Shown here one piece after another: positions 59,050 to 64,000 of a stretch of 64,000 bases of DNA. Source of the DNA: Candidatus Krumholzibacteriia bacterium (GTDB lineage Bacteria; Krumholzibacteriota; Krumholzibacteriia; Krumholzibacteriales; Krumholzibacteriaceae); NCBI GenBank assembly GCA_963836185.1, contig CAWIIQ010000001.1, forward strand, positions 224,001 to 288,000. The letters run 5' to 3'. The notes under the pieces were generated by a model. It did not search any database, was not told the DNA's origin, and saw only the letters and a program-made list of their open reading frames with translations. How positions within the stretch are numbered: position 1 is the stretch's first letter; each line of letters opens with the position of its first letter. The translations under genes and the position numbers were made by a program.

Positions 59050-59933
59050 TCAGTCGATGCAGTCGACATCGTGCTGCGTGCCGTTCCAGCAGGAGCGCTC
59101 TCCGCCGCGGTAATCCGGCCATTCGATGTATCCCGAGCCGTCGAAGCGCCAGAGGATCGTGCCCGTGTTCTCCTTCTCCGCGTCATAGAAGACGACAGAT
59201 GAGTATTCGGGGAGCTCCTCGAAGGTCAGCGTGCTTCCTTCCGCGGGATCGCCGGCTTTGTTGACGAGCAGGATCAGGCTGTTCCCGTTCATGCCGCCGT
59301 CGGCCCAGTCGATTCTGATGCTCTTAATGCCGGGAGTGGCGAGGGCCATCGCCTCAGTCTCTTCTTCAACCGGCTCGTAGAACTGCCAGTATCCTCCACT
59401 GTCATCACTTTCGATCTCACCGGCGAACCAGGTGAAGTGGTCCAGGGGCATTTCCGGGTCGTTCGATGAGACATCGAGGTGCCAGCTCGAATATGTCCCC
59501 TCGTCCTTGCCGTACAGATATATCGCGTACTCGTTGGCACCCTCGACGACTATGTATGTCCAGAGCCACGAGCCGTCGTCCTGCGGCTGCGGAACGGAAC
59601 GTATCGCGAGCTGGAAGGCGACGACCGGCTCGACGAGAGCCGAGTAGACTACGACGTCGAGAAAGAGGACCCGTACCGCGGCGTTGAGGAAGTTGAGGTG
59701 CGTTCCATCCATCGCAACGGCGTCGAGCGCGTCGAGTTTGCCGGCCTCTATCGTCTGGGGGGGAGATCCGCCGACTCGAAGAAGCCGACATCGAGCTTCA
59801 TCGTCTCGATCGAAGGAAGGTCCGGGGCCTGCTGCTCATCCATGGCGACCGGGTTGTCGTCGGTCGAGCATCCTGCGAGCACCAGGGCGGCGAGCAGGAC
59901 CGTAAGGCTGATGATGTTCAGTCGCTTTCTCAT
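59050..59933 (-). CDS. Hypothetical lipoprotein (frameshift(s) near 59720-59765)
   Basis: AAGGAGG RBS and MRKRLNIISLTVLLAALVLAGC lipobox; continues into ORF 59050..59712. Confidence 0.7.
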
Positions 59934-59989
59934 CTTGTGTCCTCCTTTGAAGGGCGGGTAATCTTTTGCGACTCTCAATATAAGCAATC

Positions 59990-60004
59990 GCAGGGAGCGT
60001 GCCA
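59990..60004 (-). promoter_or_regulatory. Sigma-54 promoter
   Basis: TGGCAC-GCTCC-CTGC on the minus strand, with an AT-rich IHF-like tract upstream. Confidence 0.7.
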
Positions 60005-60093
60005 GTATGCGATTCTGTAACACGTTGTGATATAAGGTTATATGAAGTGCCGCAAAAACGGGGATGAGTGGCGGAAATTCACGGGTGTTGCTG

Positions 60094-60125
60094 AAAAACA
60101 ACGATGCCGGCTGTGCCGGCATCGT
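60094..60125 (-). terminator. Intrinsic terminator
   Basis: ACGATGCCGGC-aca-GCCGGCATCGT-TGTTTTT on the minus strand. Confidence 0.75.
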
Positions 60126-60160
60126 CAGGACAAGGTTCTGCTGAATGTTTCAGGAATCAT

Positions 60161-60817
60161 CTAGAAGTTATACGAGAACGAGAGTCCCAGCGTCGTCAGG
60201 GAGCCTTCCTCGTCGACCTCGAAGGAGTATTCATCGCTTCCGAGGGCGATCGTCGCCGTGTCGTACTGGATGATATTGGTCGTCAGGTCGAGCCCGATAG
60301 CGAAGTGCGAGGTGAAGAAGTAATTGAATCCGGCACCGATCGCGACACCGCCTCCATTGAGACGAGCCGCCGCGTCGCCGTAAGCGACCTCGAGGCTGTG
60401 GCCGCCGAGCCCGAACTTTATGAAGGGCCGGAAGGCGCTGTGAGGTGAGAACCTGTAGTACCCCAGGAGCCAGAGCGAGTAGATGTTGGCGTCGATTTCC
60501 TGTACAGATGTTTCGTGGTTCGAGGTGCCGATGGCGAATTCGAGGGAGAAGGCCCTGTTGAAACGGTAGCCGATATCGAACTGTACGCCTCCGCCATCGT
60601 CCTTGATGAAGAAAGAATCTTCACCCTTGTCCTCTGCATGAAGCGAGGATCCCACGAACTTCAGCCCGAGATAAATCCCGCTCTTGTCCTCGACGTACTT
60701 CGCGCTCGTAGAATCTGCCGGATCGTGCGCCGATGCCCCCGCCGTGAGCAGAGCCGTCATGACAAATGTAAGGGTCGTCGCTTTTACCGTTTTTCTTATT
60801 CTTTCCATCGTATTCAT
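60161..60817 (-). CDS. Outer-membrane 8-stranded beta-barrel (OmpA-TM/porin family)
   Basis: Signal peptide; GYRFN..FSLE, RPFIKFGLG and GAGFNYFF motifs; terminal SFSYNF. Confidence 0.85.
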   Translation of the reverse strand: MNTMERIRKTVKATTLTFVMTALLTAGASAHDPADSTSAKYVEDKSGIYLGLKFVGSSLHAEDKGEDSFFIKDDGGGVQFDIGYRFNRAFSLEFAIGTSNHETSVQEIDANIYSLWLLGYYRFSPHSAFRPFIKFGLGGHSLEVAYGDAAARLNGGGVAIGAGFNYFFTSHFAIGLDLTTNIIQYDTATIALGSDEYSFEVDEEGSLTTLGLSFSYNF

Positions 60818-60874
60818 CCTCGTTCCTTTCGCTGTCGTATCCGGACCGGTTTATAAGTTCCGGTGACAGTTACT

Positions 60875-60889
60875 ACAAGAGGAGTGCCA
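60875..60889 (-). promoter_or_regulatory. Sigma-54-like promoter
   Basis: TGGCAC-TCCTC-TTGT on the minus strand, about 60 nt upstream of the barrel gene. Confidence 0.65.
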
Positions 60890-61030
60890 TAATCCGCTCT
60901 TAGTGTAAAAACTGAAGCGTCTGTGTAAGGTCCTATAATTATTCATCTTATCTTTCTCTGCCAGGGGCTGTGTCATCCAGTGTTTCAGCACGGAACCTGT
61001 TGCCTCTTATCACACTGTGTTCTCACGGTA

Positions 61031-62428
61031 TCACTGCCCGTCCTTGGCAAGGCCGTATGCCTTTATCTTCTTATGGAGGTTCGTCCGCTCGAGGCCGAGC
61101 TCCTCGGCCGCCCTCGTTACGTTCCATCCGTTCCGTTCAAGGGTCCTGCGGATCATTGTCTCCTCGAGTTGCTTCTTCGCCTCCTGGATCGGCATCCCCT
61201 CGAATATCACAGTGTCATTATCCACGGGCTCGTCACCAGTCTCCGAAGCCTGGATGGCAGGGCCGCCCCGCCGGATCTCCTCGCTTACATCTCCGATCGT
61301 TATCGTCCTGCCCTGCGACATGATCACCATCCGCTCGATCTGGTTTCGAAGTTCGCGTACGTTGCCCGGCCAGCTGTATGAGGCGAGTACCTCCGAGACG
61401 CGCGGATCTATCTTCTTCAGCGGGATATCGTTCTCCACGCAGTATTCCTCGAGAAAGGCCTTCGCGAGCACCGGGATATCACCGGGATGCGAGCGCAGGG
61501 GGGGAGCGGTTACAGGTACGACGTTGAGGCGAAAGAAGAGGTCCTCCCTGAATCGCCCTGCCGCAACCTCCGCCTTAAGGTCCTTGTTTGTCGCAGCGAT
61601 GGTGCGTACATCGACCGTGATGATCCGGTCGCTTCCGACTCTCTCGACCTCGCCCTCCTGGAGGACTCGCAGCACCTTCGTCTGCACCTTGAGCGACATG
61701 TCCCCGACCTCGTCGAGAAAGATTGTTCCCCCATCGGCAGCCCTGAACTTGCCCTCTCTCGTCTTGACCGAACCGGTGTAGGCCCCTTTGACGCTTCCGA
61801 ACAGCTCCGCCTCGATCAGCTCCTCGGGGATTGCGGCACAGTTGACCTTTATGAATGCAGCGCCGGAGCGTTTGCTCCTGCGGTGGATCTCGCGGGCTAT
61901 AAGTTCCTTGCCGGTGCCTGATTCGCCAAGTATTAGAACGCGTGTCGATGTCGGGGCGACCTTCGCTACCTGTTCGAGCACGCCGGCTATATCTTTACTC
62001 GCTCCGAGCAGTTTTCTGTCCCCGAGCACACGGGATCGAAGCTTCTCGTTCTCCCTCTCGAGGGAACTCATCTCCCATGCATGCGACGATGTGAGAAGTA
62101 TCTTCTCCTTGCCGACTTCCTTCTCGAGGAAATCGAAGGCGCCGAGCTTGATCGCCTCGACGGCAAGCTCGATCGTACCCTGGCCGGTGAGTATTACGAC
62201 GGGCAGCTGGGGACGGAGGAGTTTTATCTCTTTCAGGATATCGATACCCGACATTCCCGGCATCGACATGTCGAGATACACGAGGTCGTAATCGTCGGAG
62301 CGGATCTTCGCGAGCCCGGCCTCGCCATGCTCCGCCGAATCGGGCTCCCACCCGGCTCCCTTGTGGATCATCTCCATAGTCTTGCGGATATTGGGCTCGT
62401 CATCGATGATCAGGATCTTCCCCGGCAT
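61031..62428 (-). CDS. Sigma-54-dependent response regulator, NtrX/NtrC-like
   Basis: Receiver domain; GESGTGKE, ELFGSVKGAYTGS, FREDLFFRLNV and WPGNVREL; HTH LERTNLHKKIK. Confidence 0.92.
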   Translation of the reverse strand: MPGKILIIDDEPNIRKTMEMIHKGAGWEPDSAEHGEAGLAKIRSDDYDLVYLDMSMPGMSGIDILKEIKLLRPQLPVVILTGQGTIELAVEAIKLGAFDFLEKEVGKEKILLTSSHAWEMSSLERENEKLRSRVLGDRKLLGASKDIAGVLEQVAKVAPTSTRVLILGESGTGKELIAREIHRRSKRSGAAFIKVNCAAIPEELIEAELFGSVKGAYTGSVKTREGKFRAADGGTIFLDEVGDMSLKVQTKVLRVLQEGEVERVGSDRIITVDVRTIAATNKDLKAEVAAGRFREDLFFRLNVVPVTAPPLRSHPGDIPVLAKAFLEEYCVENDIPLKKIDPRVSEVLASYSWPGNVRELRNQIERMVIMSQGRTITIGDVSEEIRRGGPAIQASETGDEPVDNDTVIFEGMPIQEAKKQLEETMIRRTLERNGWNVTRAAEELGLERTNLHKKIKAYGLAKDGQ

Positions 62429-62430
62429 CG

Positions 62431-64000
62431 CTACACTTCCTCCGTGTTATTCGTTACGGCGGGCCCGGAAAGGGGCAGCGTTATAGTGAACTTCGCGCCT
62501 CCCCGGTTCTCCGCCTTTATCGTTCCTCCGTGAAGGAGGATTATATTCTTTACCATTGCCAGTCCCAGTCCCGTGCCGCCGCGCCTCTTCGAGAACCAGG
62601 GCTCAAATACGCTGTCGAGATCCTCTTCAGGGATCCCCTGCCCGTTGTCCGCCACCGTAAGTACTGCGTTCTCTCCGACGCGCACTACACCGACCGTTAT
62701 CTCCGGCTTTGTTCCTTCGGGCATCATCCCGATCGCATTCTCGAACAGGTTTACGATGACGCGTCTCACCTGGTCGGCATCGAAGGGGAATGGGGGCGGC
62801 GCGCCGGCAGCATCGATGTCGATATCGGCCTGCGAATAAAGTGCGGCTACATCGGCGGCGAGTTTTTCGAGCGGCTGTTCCGTCGGCGTCAGTCCCGGCA
62901 TCTTCGCGAATGCCGAGAACTCGCGGACCAGCCTCTGCAGGTGGTCGAGCTCCTCGTCGACGACTCTTCCCGATTCAGACAGCAAGGCGCCGTACTCCTC
63001 ATCGCTGCCGTCGTAGCGGTCACGCATCTCCTGCACCGTCAGCCTGATCGGGAGGAGGGGGTTCTTTATCTCGTGGGCAAGATGCCTGGCGAACTCTCTC
63101 CATGCGGCCATCTTCTCGAGGTCGGTCAGCCTGCGCTGCTGCGAGTCGAGAGTTTCTACCATCTCGTTGAATCCATCGACGAGGCTGCCGATCTCTCCGC
63201 CGGTCCTGTCCGAAACGCGGACATCCCAGTTTCCGGCAGCGACCTCGGAAGTAGCGGCGGCGAGATGCTTGACCGGAGAGGCGAAACGTTCCGATATGAG
63301 CAGGGCCGCGAAGAAAGTCAGCGCAGCCACTGCGGCATATATGATCAGGAATGAAAGAAGAAAACTTTTTGTCAGCCTGTTCTCGACTGCTCGAAGCCCG
63401 GCGAATCCCTGGCCCGTCTCGACGAGTTTCTGAGCGGCAGCAATAAACGCAGGGTCCGTCCTGCCATATATGAGAAGAGTCGTATCTGTCTCAGGGTCGT
63501 TCGAGTAAAGGGCGATCATAACCGCCCTGTCTTCTGTCTCGAAGTAACGTATGCCGCCGGCATCCCTGGTAACCGGGTTGCGTTCGATGATGTTGCGGCC
63601 GGCGACAAGGGCGTTGTACTCTTCGATCGATGAGAAGCGTTCAAGGCCTTCCTGCGATCCGTCTCCTGTCAGAACGATCATGAATCCGCGTGCCCCGGGC
63701 GGATACCCGCCCGTTACTACTTCACTGATAAACGCCGTGTCTATTACTGCGGGTGAACCTGCAAGTCCGGGGCGTCTCATCCCCAGTACCTCAAGGACCT
63801 GCGACTCTTCCTCGAAATCCTCACGCAGCCTTTCGAGATATTTCCGCGAGATCGCCATTCCCCCTCCAAGAGCGTCCGACACGGAGCCGCTGAGGCCGAC
63901 ATCGAACGACCGGTCTATCATGTCGCTCACGACGAGCGAGACCGGTATCGCGGGAAGAAGGGCAAGCGTGAGGCATAAAAGGACCAGCCTTGTCCGTATC
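62431..64000 (-). CDS. HAMP-containing sensor histidine kinase, NtrY-like (start at or beyond the window edge)
   Basis: AAWREFARHLAHEIKNPLLPI, EFSAFAKMP, DNGQG and FEPWFSKRRGGTGLGL. The frame is open to the window end through an N-terminal TM. Confidence 0.9.
   Translation of the reverse strand, partial: IRTRLVLLCLTLALLPAIPVSLVVSDMIDRSFDVGLSGSVSDALGGGMAISRKYLERLREDFEEESQVLEVLGMRRPGLAGSPAVIDTAFISEVVTGGYPPGARGFMIVLTGDGSQEGLERFSSIEEYNALVAGRNIIERNPVTRDAGGIRYFETEDRAVMIALYSNDPETDTTLLIYGRTDPAFIAAAQKLVETGQGFAGLRAVENRLTKSFLLSFLIIYAAVAALTFFAALLISERFASPVKHLAAATSEVAAGNWDVRVSDRTGGEIGSLVDGFNEMVETLDSQQRRLTDLEKMAAWREFARHLAHEIKNPLLPIRLTVQEMRDRYDGSDEEYGALLSESGRVVDEELDHLQRLVREFSAFAKMPGLTPTEQPLEKLAADVAALYSQADIDIDAAGAPPPFPFDADQVRRVIVNLFENAIGMMPEGTKPEITVGVVRVGENAVLTVADNGQGIPEEDLDSVFEPWFSKRRGGTGLGLAMVKNIILLHGGTIKAENRGGAKFTITLPLSGPAVTNNTEEV

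Noticed and set aside
737-63433. Numerous long antisense/shadow ORFs (e.g. 737..1873, 34805..35908, 44425..45465)
   Set aside because: They lie opposite well-supported genes and have no motifs; this is expected in GC-rich DNA.
1-64000. CRISPR array, tRNA/rRNA, IS, integrase, prophage, reverse transcriptase/DGR
   Set aside because: No regularly spaced repeats, cloverleafs or corresponding protein motifs were seen by eye. A covariance-model scan was not possible.

Overview
This is a GC-rich (about 60%) bacterial chromosome segment, most likely from an uncultured diderm FCB-group organism (Krumholzibacteriota/Latescibacterota-like; inferred from gene content only). It is dominated by envelope and secretion genes. 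Six large exported proteins end in a PNPF(N/S)...RKxxLLR-type FlgD-Ig/T9SS-like C-terminal domain: two S8 proteases, a C25 gingipain-like protease, an arylsulfotransferase, an 8-repeat propeller protein and an Ig-like protein. There is a complete PEP-CTERM/exosortase locus (PEP-CTERM substrate, exosortase, EpsI, membrane protein, TPR lipoprotein, PrsK, PrsR) with readable sigma-54 promoters and enhancer boxes. Other content: a YtrA/GntR-ABC-S41 peptidase operon, glnA with a candidate leader ORF, a mobile mystery protein A/B (HTH + Fic) cassette, several beta-barrels, an orphan ParA and an NtrY/NtrX-like two-component system. At least six sigma-54 promoter motifs and one candidate independently transcribed ~95-nt sRNA were read by eye. 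Many genes at 0.2-6.5 kb, 17-21.3 kb, 28.7-29.1 kb and 59.7 kb are broken by single-base frameshifts, probably long-read assembly errors. I saw no rRNA, tRNA, CRISPR array, transposase, integrase or reverse transcriptase. All family calls come from motif recognition, not from database searches.
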